Of a DNA stretch of 41,453 nucleotides, positions 1 through 12,185 are shown in pieces. Numbering within the stretch: the first letter of the stretch is position 1; each line of letters starts with the position of its first letter. Under the pieces are notes generated by a model. The model did no database searches. It had not been told where the DNA came from and worked only from the letters and a program-made list of their open reading frames with translations. Source of the stretch: Octopus bimaculoides. Taxonomy: Eukaryota. A program made the position numbers and the translations under genes. The stretch covers positions 11,416,349 through 11,457,801 of the forward strand of contig NC_069002.1 of the NCBI RefSeq assembly GCF_001194135.2, read 5' to 3'.

Positions 1-224
1 GTGTGTGTGTGGGTGTGTGTGTATGTGTGTGTGTGTGTGTGTGTGGGTGTGTGTGTATGTGTGTGATGCGTTTAGGTAGTTATTGCTTTGTCGATAAAGT
101 GGGTGCGTCGTAATAAATTATGCTGTCTCTCATCAACAATACCAACACAGATGAAGAGAAAGGAAGTATCGTGAAAAACGATGTCACTATTAAATCGTGT
201 TGAGAGGCAAGAACTGAGGGAAAC

Positions 225-301
<77 letters not shown>

Positions 302-574
302 GAGAGAGAGAAAAGAGAGAGAAAGAGAAAGAGAGAGGAAGAGAAAGAGAGAGAAAGAGAAAGAGAGAGAAGGAGATTATGCGTGTGTATATGTATGTGT
401 AGACTGACAATGAAAATTTCCAGATTATTTGGCAAAAGGGAGTTTGGTGTTGCTTTTACACACAACTACAACGAATATACTCAATTATCTGCTGCACAAT
501 TGCGCACCTTCGAACGTGAAGCATGACATGCTGGCTTCGTATTTTCATCTTTATACTTGTGTAACAAGGCTGCT

Positions 575-1395
575 CCTAATGCTCTCTATTTAATGTATAC
601 CTGGAGTGTACTTTTCATAGTAATTTACTAGGCTAAAGAAAGCTTGTAATATCGGTATATTCGATGGAGGGAACATATTCTCGATTGCGGCTGCCCCCGA
701 CTGGTCAGGACGTCTTCCATTCTTATCCATGATTTGACCTAGGCATTTGATTTTAGGCAAAAAAGATTCACACTTCTCTTTACTGAGTGTGAAACCGTAA
801 TTCTTAATTTTTTTAAAGACACTCTTCACGTGTTCGAATGCTCATTCCGCGATTCGCTTTTGGTTAACACGTCATCAAGGTAAGAAATAGCAAATTGGCA
901 GTCAGCAAACTTCACGTCCATCACCTGTTGAAATATTGCATGTGCTACTTTCAGTTCAAAAGATAGTCTATTGTATTTGTATAGGCCTCTGTGCGTGTTG
1001 ACTGTTAACAGCTTTGAGCAGTTTTTATCTACTTTGGTTTGTAGATATACGTCAGACAGATCGAGATTCAAAAATATTTTTCTTCTGTTTAGTTTTGTAA
1101 AAATATCTTCTGGGATCGCTAGTGGATAATGGTTCATTTTTAAACAGTCATTTAAACCGGTCGAAAAATCAGCACACAACCTAATTTTGTTATTTTTCTT
1201 TTTTATACATACAGTCGAAACTACCCATATCGCGGACTCCACTTTTTCAATGATTCTGTTTTATTCCAATCTGTCCAACTCATCATCATCCACATTCTTT
1301 ACTGCCGCGAAAGGCACTTTCCTATTCGGCTCGAACACAAGTGTAACGTTATCATCTAATTCAAAATACGCTTCAGTCTTTGTGCATAGACTTAG
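575..1395 (-). pseudogene. Decayed Ty3/Gypsy LTR-retrotransposon pol fragment (RT domain and thumb)
   Basis: Minus-strand translation ...TKTEAYFELDDNVTLVFEPNRKVPFAAV...IRLCADFSTGLNDCLKMNHYPL...LDLSDVYLQ...LYKYNRLSF...FAISYLDDVL, then after a frameshift FTLSKEKC...CLGQIMDKNGRRPD...LQAFFSLVNYY. YLDD catalytic motif present; in-frame stop and frameshift; no LTRs, protease, RNase H or integrase seen. Confidence 0.9.
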
Positions 1396-1741
1396 TTGGT
1401 CCGAGAGTACTTACAGAAACATTAAAAAAAAAAAAATCTCTCGCAAGGTGGCGTCGTGATTTTCATCCAAACAATATCTTTGTGCTCTCTTTTACAAACT
1501 TAGCACCAATGTCAGCAGCGGTTATGTTCAGTGAAAACACCAACGATCAGCTGACCGATGTCAACCAATAAGAGCCGACGTAGTCGAATATCTAGATATA
1601 TTTCTTTACCGCTGTCCAGTTCAATCAGAATAGTTTGATCGAGAAATTCTGAGTAGCAATATAGTACCTTTTTACGTATTCCATAATAAATATAAGATAT
1701 ATGTTACATACTGGGTCTACATATATATATATCTATATGCC

Positions 1742-1798
<57 letters not shown>

Positions 1799-1939
1799 AT
1801 TTCCTTCTGTCTGTCTATTATCTTTCTGTATGTTTGTGTGTGTGTTTTGTATATATCAGGAAGTGAGAAAAGAGAAAACGAAAGGGGCAAGTTTTAACAA
1901 TGTCATTAATTGTACAACGCTTGAAATAAATAGAAAGAC

Positions 1940-1976
1940 TCTTTAACGTTTCGGAGGCTAATTTTTCATCAGAACA
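1940..1976 (-). ncRNA. Degenerate minimal type I hammerhead ribozyme-like motif (Penelope pLTR type)
   Basis: Minus strand reads GUU-CUGAUGA-AAAAUUAGCCUCC-GAAAC-GUU-AAAG. Both core strands are intact and stem II is decayed. The flank resembles that of the 3240-3277 motif. Confidence 0.5.
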
Positions 1977-3239
1977 AGGGAAGTAAATGAAAGAAGAGGA
2001 ATAAAGAGAAGAAAATGTGGTGACGGTGGTGGTTGTGGGAAAATATACGTCTGCAGGCGTAAAATTACACAATTCATCGTAGCTTACTCACTTTCTGTGT
2101 TACGAATTCTTAATTGGTACGAAGACTATAACACCAAAAATACCCCCAAACACTACCACAACCACCACCACTACTGTCACCATCACCATCACTACAGCCG
2201 TTATCAGGATTACAAATACTCCTTCAGGAACACCATAAATAATACCATCACCAAGACCACAACCACCACCACCACCACCACCACCACCATCACAACCCCT
2301 TGCACTATAATCAGTAACTATACCATCTACTTCTCCATCAGCAAATAAACATCTGACTTGACAGATGTAATTTATATATGACGTTGGTGGTATATAAATA
2401 CAACTTGTGACTTACATTTTCACTCAACATTCATATGTATACATACAAAAAAATATATATATCNNNNNNNNNNNNNNNNNNNNNNNNNNNNNNNNNNNNN
2501 NNNNNNNNNNNNNNNNNNNNNNNNNNNNNNNNNNNNNNNNNNNNNNNNNNNNNNNNNNNNNNNNNNNNNNNNNNNNNNNNNNNNNNNNNNNNNNNNNNNN
2601 NNNNNNNNNNNNNNNNNNNNNNNNNNNNNNNNNNNNNNNNNNNNNNNNNNNNNNNNNNNNNNNNNNNNNNNNNNNNNNNNNNNNNNNNNNNNNNNNNNNN
2701 NNNNNNNNNNNNNNNNNNNNNNNNNNNNNNNNNNNNNNNNNNNNNNNNNNNNNNNNNNNNNNNNNNNNNNNNNNNNNNNNNNNNNNNNNNNNNNNNNNNN
2801 NNNNNNNNNNNNNNNNNNNNNNNNNNNNNNNNNNNNNNNNNNNNNNNNNNNNNNNNNNNNNNNNNNNNNNNNNNNNNNNNNNNNNNNNNNNNNNNNNNNN
2901 NNNNNNNNNNNNNNNNNNNNNNNNNNNNNNNNNNNNNNNNNNNNNNNNNNNNNNNNNNNNNNNNNNNNNNNNNNNNNNNNNNNNNNNNNNNNNNNNNNNN
3001 NNNNNNNNNNNNNNNNNNNNNNNNNNNNNNNNNNNNNNNNNNNNNNNNNNNNNNNNNNNNNNNNNNNNNNNNNNNNNNNNNNNNNNNNNNNNNNNNNNNN
3101 NNNNNNNNNNNNNNNNNNNNNNNNNNNNNATATATATATATATAGTTAAAAAAAACAATAACAAAAAAACAAAAAACAACAAAGTGAGGACGTGATATGG
3201 ATAGTATTATTGGACGCTCAGGAAAGGAAAGAGAGAGTG

Positions 3240-3277
3240 CATGACGTTTCGGGCGTAGCCCTTCGTCGGAAAGATGG
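3240..3277 (-). ncRNA. Minimal hammerhead ribozyme-like motif, U4C core variant (Penelope pLTR type)
   Basis: Minus strand reads CCGACGA-A-GGGC(UAC)GCCC-GAAAC-GUC. Perfect 4-bp stem II, GAAAC/GUC as in dimer-type minimal HHRs, weak stem I. Confidence 0.65.
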
Positions 3278-3667
3278 AAAGTTCGGAGAATGGAAGAACG
3301 GAGAAAGAGGAAAATGGTACCGATGCCCACGAGGTTATATATATGCGTGTGAGTGTGTATGTGCAAATGTATACATATATACATACGTGTGAAGGGCGTA
3401 TTTTTGTGCCAATTTATACTTAAATAAATAATACTTCACACATATACACATATACGAATATATATGAGACGTTTATATTTTATATGCATCTTATATTGTA
3501 AGTAAAGTTGAACTCGTGGAAGCTCATGCGCCAGTGCCGTCAGGATTTAGGAAAAGAAATGTATACAATAGTCAGTATTTCTAAATATGTTTTCAATTAG
3601 ATATACGACACAAAAGGGGTACCGCGGCACACATACACATGAAAGGTGAGCGGCTACCTCTTACAGA

Positions 3668-3773
3668 ATGATGAATACATTGGAAACTCAGAGTAACATC
3701 GCTGAAAAATCTGAGCATGACGAAATATACACGCATACATGCGCATATGTAATACACACGCACAATATATATT

Positions 3774-3806
<33 letters not shown>

Positions 3807-3965
3807 ATGTGTGTGTGTGTGTCCGTGTCCGAATAACGGGAACGTGAAACTATGAGTAACAATTTTTGTGAGGTCTTTGAAGCATTTTTAATAAAACATA
3901 TTACTCTACCACCGGTATTCGAGTACTATTTTTCCCAACGTTTTTCGAATTTATGCGTTTACTCT
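3668..3965 (+). mobile_element. Penelope-like pLTR remnant with two degenerate HHR-like motifs (3668-3698, 3826-3861)
   Basis: UGU-CCGAAUA-ACG(GGAA)CGU-GAAAC-U(AUG)A-GUA-ACA at 3826-3861 and AUGAUGA...GAAACUCAGAGUA-ACA at 3668-3698. The downstream block taataaaacatattactctacc..ggtattcgagtactattt recurs inverted at about 32590-32655. Confidence 0.5.
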
Positions 3966-4064
3966 GGTATATGTATATATATGTATATATATGCATCTAT
4001 ATATATATATATGTTGATACATATATACATACATACACACACAAACACTCACACACACATATGT

Positions 4065-4109
<45 letters not shown>

Positions 4110-6114
4110 GTACAGTATACAAACATATATACGAACGTAGATACATGCTTATGTGCATATATGTGGATACGTTGTACGTAGAGAGGGAGTGATNNNNNNN
4201 NNNNNNNNNNNNNNNNNNNNNNNNNNNNNNNNNNNNNNNNNNNNNCATATATGTATATATGTATTTCTATCTCACTCTCTCATTCACTCTCTCTCTCTAT
4301 GCATGTATATATATATATATACATATGTACTTATTTATATAAACATACACACGAATGTTTACATATGCATACATCAATGTTTTGTTCGTGCGTATGTATG
4401 CAAATACACATGTGTTTAGACGCGTATGTATTTGTGTATGAGACTTGGATTTGTATTGCGATTTCATCGAGAGATAGAGTGGAATAATGCTAAAATAATA
4501 GCTGTTCTTACATCATTAATAAACAGGAAGCAAATAAGAAAAAAATATAGTTAAACCTGGCCTGCTTCTATTCTGCAGACACGAAACCAACTCAGCTGTC
4601 AACGAACGTTCACAACAATTTTCTAAATTTCGTTCATCCATATATNNNNNNNNNNNNNNNNNNNNNNNNNNNNNNNNNNNNNNNNNNNNNNNNNNNNNNN
4701 NNNNNNNNNNNNNNNNNNNNNNNNNNNNNNNNNNNNNNNNNNNNNNNNNNNNNNNNNNNNNNNNNNNNNNNNNNNNNNNNNNNNNNNNNNNNNNNNNNNN
4801 NNNNNNNNNNNNNNNNNNNNNNNNNNNNNNNNNNNNNNNNNNNNNNNNNNNNNNNNNNNNNNNNNNNNNNNNNNNNNNNNNNNNNNNNNNNNNNNNNNNN
4901 NNNNNNNNNNNNNNNNNNNNNNNNNNNNNNNNNNNNNNNNNNNNNNNNNNNNNNNNNNNNNNNNNNNNNNNNNNNNNNNNNNNNNNNNNNNNNNNNNNNN
5001 NNNNNNNNNNNNNNNNNNNNNNNNNNNNNNNNNNNNNNNNNNNNNNNNNNNNNNNNNNNNNNNNNNNNNNNNNNNNNNNNNNNNNNNNNNNNNNNNNNNN
5101 NNNNNNNNNNNNNNNNNNNNNNNNNNNNNNNNNNNNNNNNNNNNNNNNNNNNNNNNNNNNNNNNNNNNNNNNNNNNNNNNNNNNNNNNNNNNNNNNNNNN
5201 NNNNNNNNNNNNNNNNNNNNNNNNNNNNNNNNNNNNNNNNNNNNNNNNNNNNNNNNNNNNNNNNNNNNNNNNNNNNNNNNNNNNNNNNNNNNNNNNNNNN
5301 NNNNNNNNNNNNNNNNNNNNNNNNNNNNNNNNNNNNNNNNNNNNNNNNNNNNNNNNNNNNNNNNNNNNNNNNNNNNNNNNNNNNNNNNNNNNNNNNNNNN
5401 NNNNNNNNNNNNNNNNNNNNNNNNNNNNNNNNNNNNNNNNNNNNNNNNNNNNNNNNNNNNNNNNNNNNNNNNNNNNNNNNNNNNNNNNATATATATATAT
5501 ATATATATATACATACGGCGGTTCGTGTGTGTTTCTGAATATGTATGGCTTGAGTGTAATACCTTTTACTGCGAAATACAGTATTGTATAATGCGCCAGC
5601 CATTGAAATTCATTTATTCATCCTGCTCTTACGTGACACATACATTTATACATCCATCCGTACGTACGTACATTATCACTGACGTAAATATACATATAAA
5701 CACATATATAGAGAAATACAGAGACAGAGCCATCCATATACATACGTGAACACATAAGCAATACACACACATACGTACACGTATGTATATGTTGCGTTTA
5801 TTTAATACTTAGAGTCGAAGTGTTCATTAAAAAACAACCGCTATTTAAATTCATATATTCATAATGGCTTCGTGTCACACATTTTATACATACATACTTG
5901 CACGTGCATATATACAGATGCACAAGTATGCCCAATCACATACAAACACACACGTACATACACACACACACACACAAGCACGCATATGCACACTTGCACG
6001 TACATACTCATATACACTCGTGCGTGCGAGTGTGTGAGTATGAACTATAATTATGAAGCCGAGTTTGAACGCAACTATGTGATTCCTTTTTGCAGATGTT
6101 TCTTCGAATGTATG

Positions 6115-6126
6115 ATGATGATGATC

Positions 6127-6161
<35 letters not shown>

Positions 6162-6209
6162 CGTAATAATAAAATAATGATAGTAATAATAATGATGATG
6201 ATGATGATG

Positions 6210-6283
<74 letters not shown>

Positions 6284-6289
6284 AAGAAG

Positions 6290-6320
<31 letters not shown>

Positions 6321-6425
6321 GCAACAACAACTATGATGATGCTGATGCTGATGATGATAATAAATAATAATAATAATGATAATAATAATAATAATAATAT
6401 TAATAAATAATAAATAATAATAATA

Positions 6426-6522
<97 letters not shown>

Positions 6523-6560
6523 GCAACAACATCTATGATGATGCTGATGATGATGATAAT
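6115..6560. repeat. Compound (AAT)n-(AAG)n-(GAT)n microsatellite with a ~200-bp higher-order duplication
   Basis: The spacer gtgcaacaaca(a/t)ctatgatgatgctgatg follows an (AAG)n tract at both 6319 and 6521. Confidence 0.9.
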
Positions 6561-6904
6561 AACAATACTAAATGCGAGAAAAATATAAAATTAATAATAA
6601 ACTTGTTTGTATTATTTGCCGCAAGTGCGACAGATTTTAGGACGTTAGAAGCACAAAATACTAATATGATTATGTTGTGCTTCCATAGAATCGAGCATCA
6701 GAACAGAAATATGGAAGTGAACAACACGGAAAGACGTGACATGAAGCGTTTCCATAGAAGACAGCAATCTGAAGACAATCATAGTTCCTGACAGATCACG
6801 TATTGAAGGAGGGGTGGGGGCTGCAAAATTGGTAAGTGAGGCAAAATATGTCATTTCTGTTTTTTTTTGTTGTTGTTATTTTCTCCCTATTTGTTTGAAA
6901 TCGT

Positions 6905-7294
6905 GGAGGCGCAATGGCCCAGTGGTTAGGGCAGCGGACTCGCGGTCATAGGATCGCGGTTTCGATTCTTAGCCTGGGCGTTGTGAGTGTTTATTGAGCG
7001 AAAACACCTAAAAGCTCCTCGAGGCTCCGGCAGGGGATGGTGGTGAACCCTACTGTACTCTTTCACAACAACTTTCTCTCACTCTTACTTCCTGTTTCTG
7101 TTGTACCTGTAATTCAAAGGGCCAACCTTGTCACACTCTGTGTTACGCTGAATATCCCCGAGAACTACGTTAAGGGTACACGTGTCTGTGGAGTGCTCAG
7201 CCACTTGCACGTTAATTTCATGAGCAGGTTGTTCCGTCGATCGGATCGACTGGAACCCTCGACGTCGTAAGCGACGGAGTGCCAATAACAAACA
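6905..7294 (+). mobile_element. Full-length tRNA-derived SINE (family B)
   Basis: Pol III A box tggcccagtgg near 6915 and B box ggtttcgattc near 6958; ~390-bp body; 3' hairpin cgtcg-taag-cgacg followed by gagtgcca and an A/C-rich tail. A second 3' fragment lies at 38690-38755. Confidence 0.85.
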
Positions 7295-7890
7295 TGCTTG
7301 AAATCATTGCATTGTCAAGTTTTGCAGCATCATTTTGTACCGTTGCATCAGTTTTGGGAGTAAAAATTGGTTAGCATAGTTGTTGTTGCTGTTTTTGAAG
7401 TCCAGGGAGTTTGAAACAGCGTCAGGTGGCTGGTACTAGTTTTTTTTCAAGAAACTTTTCGTCAATTTTGACCTGACTGTAATTGAGGGTTCTATTAGCA
7501 GCTGGAAGATTTTTTGGTGTTTAACAATCAATATTCTTTTCTCTGTTGGGTTCCATATCAATTTTGTCCCACATTAATGTCTAATTTGATAACTTTCAGT
7601 TTTCACAACGCGGTGGTTAAACTGGGGGCAAAATGAGTAATGACTAATTGCAGTAATTTCTTCTCTTTAACTGCATGGTGCATAAATATATCAGGAAGAG
7701 AGCCACTCCAACAGATCGTGGAACTATAGAGAATATTTTATGTTGAGTTTTTACATTTAGTTGGGTTTTGTATGTGCCATTTTTCGATGATCCTCTTTCA
7801 GTTGCCTTAGATATTTTAAATTTTCGTTGTATTTCTGATCTTTCTGTCTAAGGATGGATGTTGATGTGAATGAGTTTGTATTTAAATGTA

Positions 7891-8870
7891 CGAGGGGTGT
7901 TTATTAAAGATTTCCCTTGATTCACTTCCCAAGGACTGGGATAAACAAAACTTGGCATAATTATTAGCCCTTCTTTACATAAGTCACCACTAATGGTGAC
8001 ACACTCCAACCATCGCTTTATGCAGCTGTGAAGACCTCGTCTGTAGAAGTCGGTAGGTTGCGTCTGGAGCCGAGACTTTACCTCGGAAATAAGTCTATCA
8101 TCAACTGAAAAGTGTTTCCCCTTCAAGAAAGACTTCATGGTTGGAAAGAGGTGAAAGTCAGATGATGCAAGGTCGGGAGACAGAGAGGGATGACGAAGGA
8201 TTTCATAACTGTAAAAGTGTGCTTTCATCTCAGCAATATGCGCATTGTGAACTTGGGCGTTGTCTTGGAGAAGGCGGAATCCTTTGGTCAGCATGCCACG
8301 CTTCTCTGCTTTGGCGTCACGCAATTTCTGCAGCAGAGAAGCATAATATGCCCCGTTAATTATAGTGCCCTTTGTCAGAAAATCCATCATCACTACTCTT
8401 CGCTGGTCCCAAAAGACTGTAAGCATCACCTTGCATGCTGAGGGTAGAACACGAGCCTTCTTTGAAGGTAGTGAGTTATCGAGGTTCCATTGCTTTGACT
8501 GGACTTTAGTCTCAGGATCATAGTGATGGACCCATGTTTTATCCTGTGTCATAAGTTTACCGAAAAAGCTTTCTCGTTTTCTTGCTGCATTGCCAAAAGA
8601 GCCTGGGAACAATTGACTCGTTCCTTCTTCTGAAAATGTGTGAGCATCCGGGGAATCCATCGTGCGGACAACTTCGGCATGTACAAATGGTCATGAATGA
8701 TTTTTTCCACGGACCTTACACTTATCTTCATTTCTTGGTTAGTTCTAGCGACACAGGCTTTGGCTGGCCGGTACACAATTACCTCCACAACTACCGAGTT
8801 ACCTGGCCATCGAATCTTGTTAACGCTTAGAATTCCCTCAGTGTTGCACGGACTACCTCGATATTCGTGA
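7891..8870 (-). mobile_element. Mariner (DD34D, Tc1/mariner) transposon remnant, 5'-truncated, frameshifted transposase
   Basis: ORF 7848-8660 contains QDKTWVHHYDPETK, KVMLTVFWD, LLQDNAQVH and HPSLSPDLASSDFHLF. Overlapping ORF 8549-8788 contains KLSARWIPRML (WVPHEL equivalent). One TIR, TA-CGAGGGGTG, starts at 7889/7891; the other TIR was not found. Confidence 0.93.
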
Positions 8871-9409
8871 CGTACGTTACCAATAACATATAAGATTACA
8901 TATAATGTGTCCTCCTTTTATTAAGTGGTCTGGTGTGAATCTAATTGAAATTTTATTGCTATGTGTAGTAGATCTATCGAACTGATTTTAGTGCTAGTAG
9001 TAGACTGGATAATAGTAATGGAAGTAAAAACTGGGTTGGTGGCGATACACGAGAAAATATCGGTACTTCTTCAAATTGAAAAGATGAACGGATGATTGAA
9101 ACGATAGAATTATTGAAGACGAATAAACAGAGAAAGTGAGAGAGAAAAGAAGGGGAGGATGCGAAGGATGAGAAGCATGAGTGGCAGAAGATAAGAATAA
9201 CGTAGAAAAAGGAAGAGGAGGGGGAGAGAAAGAAGGGAGAGGAAGAAGGGAGAGGAAGAAGGGAGAGGAAGAAGGGAGAGGAAGAAGGGAGAGGATTTTG
9301 GTTTGTGTATTTCTTCCTAGTTTTGTTTTGCATATTTCGTTCTGTTGTTATGTTTCACATGGATTTAGGGCAATAACAAATTGTTTCTGGTAACAGATAA
9401 AGAATAACA

Positions 9410-9539
9410 ACAACAACAATGATAATGATGATGATGATGATAATGATGATGACGATGACGATGACGACGACGACGAAGACGGCGATGATGATGACATTGA
9501 TGTGGACGACTGGGATAATGATGATGACGATGATGTTAG

Positions 9540-9574
<35 letters not shown>

Positions 9575-9679
9575 AAGGTGATGACGATCATGATGAGTGT
9601 TGTATAGTTGTTGTTGTTGGTGGTGGTAATGATGATGATGATGATAATGATGATGATGATGATGATAATGATGATGATA

Positions 9680-9725
<46 letters not shown>

Positions 9726-10001
9726 GGATAAGAAGAAAAGTCGCTGCAGCAAAAGCGTTTTTTGCTGATGATGAGGATAATTAGGATTCTGATGACGACG
9801 GCGACTACGAGGTTGATGGTGATGGCAGCGACTATGATGCTGATGAGGACGACGACGATGTTCATGATGATGATGATGATGATGATGAAAATGATGGTGA
9901 AACCAGCAAACAGCTACTATAAACCAAAAACCAAAACAGCAAAAAACAAAAAGCATCATCATCATCAACGGTAACAACAACAACAACAACAACACAACAG
10001 T

Positions 10002-10062
<61 letters not shown>

Positions 10063-10568
10063 GCAACAACAACAACAACAACAACAAGCAGCAACAATGA
10101 TACTGTAGAGATAAGAGGATTACGACAGGGTTTATCGTTATTTCATCTTCAAGAGAGAGAGGGGGAGAAAGAGAGAGGGGGGGAAAGAGAGCGAGGGAGG
10201 AAAGAGAGAGAGAGCGAGGGAGGAAAGAGAGAGAGAGAGAGAGAGAGTAAGGAGAATGTGTGTGAGTAATACAGCGTCCATACGTATGTGTACGGATTCT
10301 GTTATGTGCGTATACATGTGTATGCGTGCGTGTTACGGAGGGGGAGTATGTTGATAAATATCACACTGATCATCTGCAGGATAATTTATGAAAGGAAGCT
10401 AGAGGGAGAGGAGGAGGAGGAGGAGGAGGAGGAGAAGAAGAAGAAGAAGAAGAAGAAGAAGAAGAAGAAGAAGAAGAAGAAAGGGTTTGGGGGAATGTTG
10501 TTGTTGTTGGTAGTGGTGGTGATGGTGGTGGTTGTGGTGGTGGTGGTGGTGATGGTGGTGGTGGTGGC

Positions 10569-10599
<31 letters not shown>

Positions 10600-10625
10600 G
10601 TTGTTGTCGTGGTGATGGTGTTATG
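9410..10625. repeat. Compound trinucleotide microsatellite field: (GAT)n, (GCT)n, (AAT)n, (AAC)n, (GAG)n, (AAG)n, (GGT)n, with an (AG)n block
   Basis: Read directly; it accounts for the homopolymeric ORFs here. Confidence 0.95.
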
Positions 10626-10689
10626 GTAGAGATGCGGCAAAAAAAACATAATCTGAACCACAATAACAACGATACAATTCAGATATGAA

Positions 10690-11454
10690 AATTATTATTA
10701 TTATTATTATCATTTTTCTTTGCCATCAAAGTGACACTGGGGTAAAATATACGAAGCCCATTATACCCATCATGACTACCCGTCTGATAAGGGTACACCA
10801 GGCACACGCATCACAAACACATGTGCATGACATGGTGATATCATATCAAGATAAACAACGCATGACTTGGCAGGTGGGGCCCAGTTAGAACTTTCTTCAG
10901 GTCGACTAGCCCATCCCACACAAAAGATCCCTGAATAAGGGTTGCTTAAGAATGTAGGACAAAACACCCATTTTTCCAGAGGTGAATTATTCAAACCCTA
11001 AAGAATTCCTCTCAACACATGGCTATAATGCTCCCCTACTACTTCTGTATTTTTTTTTTTTTTTGCCTGTTGCCGATTCTCAATCACAAGTCGAGGATGG
11101 ATCTTCTCCTTGTCCTGACTGGAGGGATCGCTTCCTCGACGCTGCATCTCCTGGGTATACCCGTTGGTCGGCGGTCTTCTCCGAAGCCCTATTGGGGGTG
11201 TTTGAGGTGCTTCAGGTCTCTCGGGTGGGATATACATTCGAACGCATCTTGAGAAGTCTCAAGAAACACCTTTCTGATATTCCACCCGGTCTAGTAATCC
11301 AACTATTACCGATTGCATCCCCACGAAACGCTGCCGCGAACGCACCATGCACCGGCTGGGCCGCCCAACTATGGTAGTGCATCAGCTGGATGTTAGAGCC
11401 ATACCCGGTAGCACCCGCAAGCTATTAGTTGAGCCACTAAAGGACATGCTCAAC
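10690..11454 (-). mobile_element. Interspersed retroposon-like repeat with (AAT)n tail, interrupted at about 11048-11431
   Basis: An (ATT)n tract at 10690-10710 abuts ~340 bp of complex sequence. I recall it as an abundant octopus repeat that continues ctacttctg...agccactaa(g/a)ggacatgctcaac, and that motif resumes at 11432. Only one copy is in the window, so identity rests on recall. Confidence 0.4.
11050..11430 (-). mobile_element. R2-group (RLE-type) non-LTR retrotransposon fragment, internally deleted, ending in poly(A)
   Basis: Minus-strand peptide SWAAQPVHGAFAAAFRGDAIGNSWITRPGGISERCFLRLLKMRSNVYPTRET* resembles the R2-type post-RT region. Downstream VEEAI..LQSGQGE.KIHP(D)LVIENRQQA, across frameshifts, resembles the PD motif region of the restriction-like endonuclease. 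A 15-T run lies at 11050-11064. Confidence 0.65.
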
Positions 11455-11680
11455 AGACAGACAGGCAAGCAGATAGAGAGATAAACAAAGACAGACAGAT
11501 AAACTGATAGATAGATAGATTGAAAAAGAGACAGACAGTAAAACAGAGTGACAGCTAAATGGATAGATAGACAGACAAACAAATAGATAGACAAACAGAT
11601 AGACAGACAAACAAATAGATAGACAAACAAATAGACAGACAAACAGATAGACAGACAAACAGATAGACAGACGGACAGAC
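11455..11680. repeat. (AGAC)n/(AGAT)n tetranucleotide microsatellite
   Basis: Read directly. Confidence 0.9.
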
Positions 11681-12185
11681 TAAGTAATTCTTAATGAAGA
11701 GATATATTGGAAATATTGCCTAATTGTATATTTCTACCTACAGTGACCCAATCACTCCTCTTTTAAGGACGCTCCTGTGTTATTTGAGTAAAACTTTACT
11801 ATTATTTCCAGCACATTGATCGGATAGCCAGTGACACCTTGCTGAGAAGCACATTGTCTGTAGAAGCTATGGATAGCTACAGCAGCAGCATACAAATGTT
11901 TAGTGGAATATTCACAGCACATTTTGTGTCTCACTTGGGTATAACTTTCAAATCATTTTCCAATGGCCACCTCAAGCTCTTTCAAGATTCCATTTGATAT
12001 TTCGATATAATAGACCTGTCTACGAACGAATAGTTTCGTACGCATATTAAGTTCAACAAATGTCATCTCTTATCGTAAATTTAATTATCTTATATTGTAA
12101 AACCACCTGGAAGCAAAATAAACCATTCATTTAGGTATTTATTTATTTATTTATTTAGTTTTGATATAAATTATATTGCTGAACA

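Noticed and set aside
6905-6980. tRNA gene at SINE heads (also 12440-12513, 21025-21075, 35883-35950, 39775-39845)
   Set aside because: A and B boxes are present, but no full cloverleaf or poly(T) terminator is evident and each head continues into a SINE body.
11700-12000. Possible very decayed LINE RT fragment (FYSNNTGASLKEE..DWVTV on the minus strand)
   Set aside because: Only a vague resemblance, with no diagnostic motif recoverable by eye. It needs TBLASTN or an HMM search.
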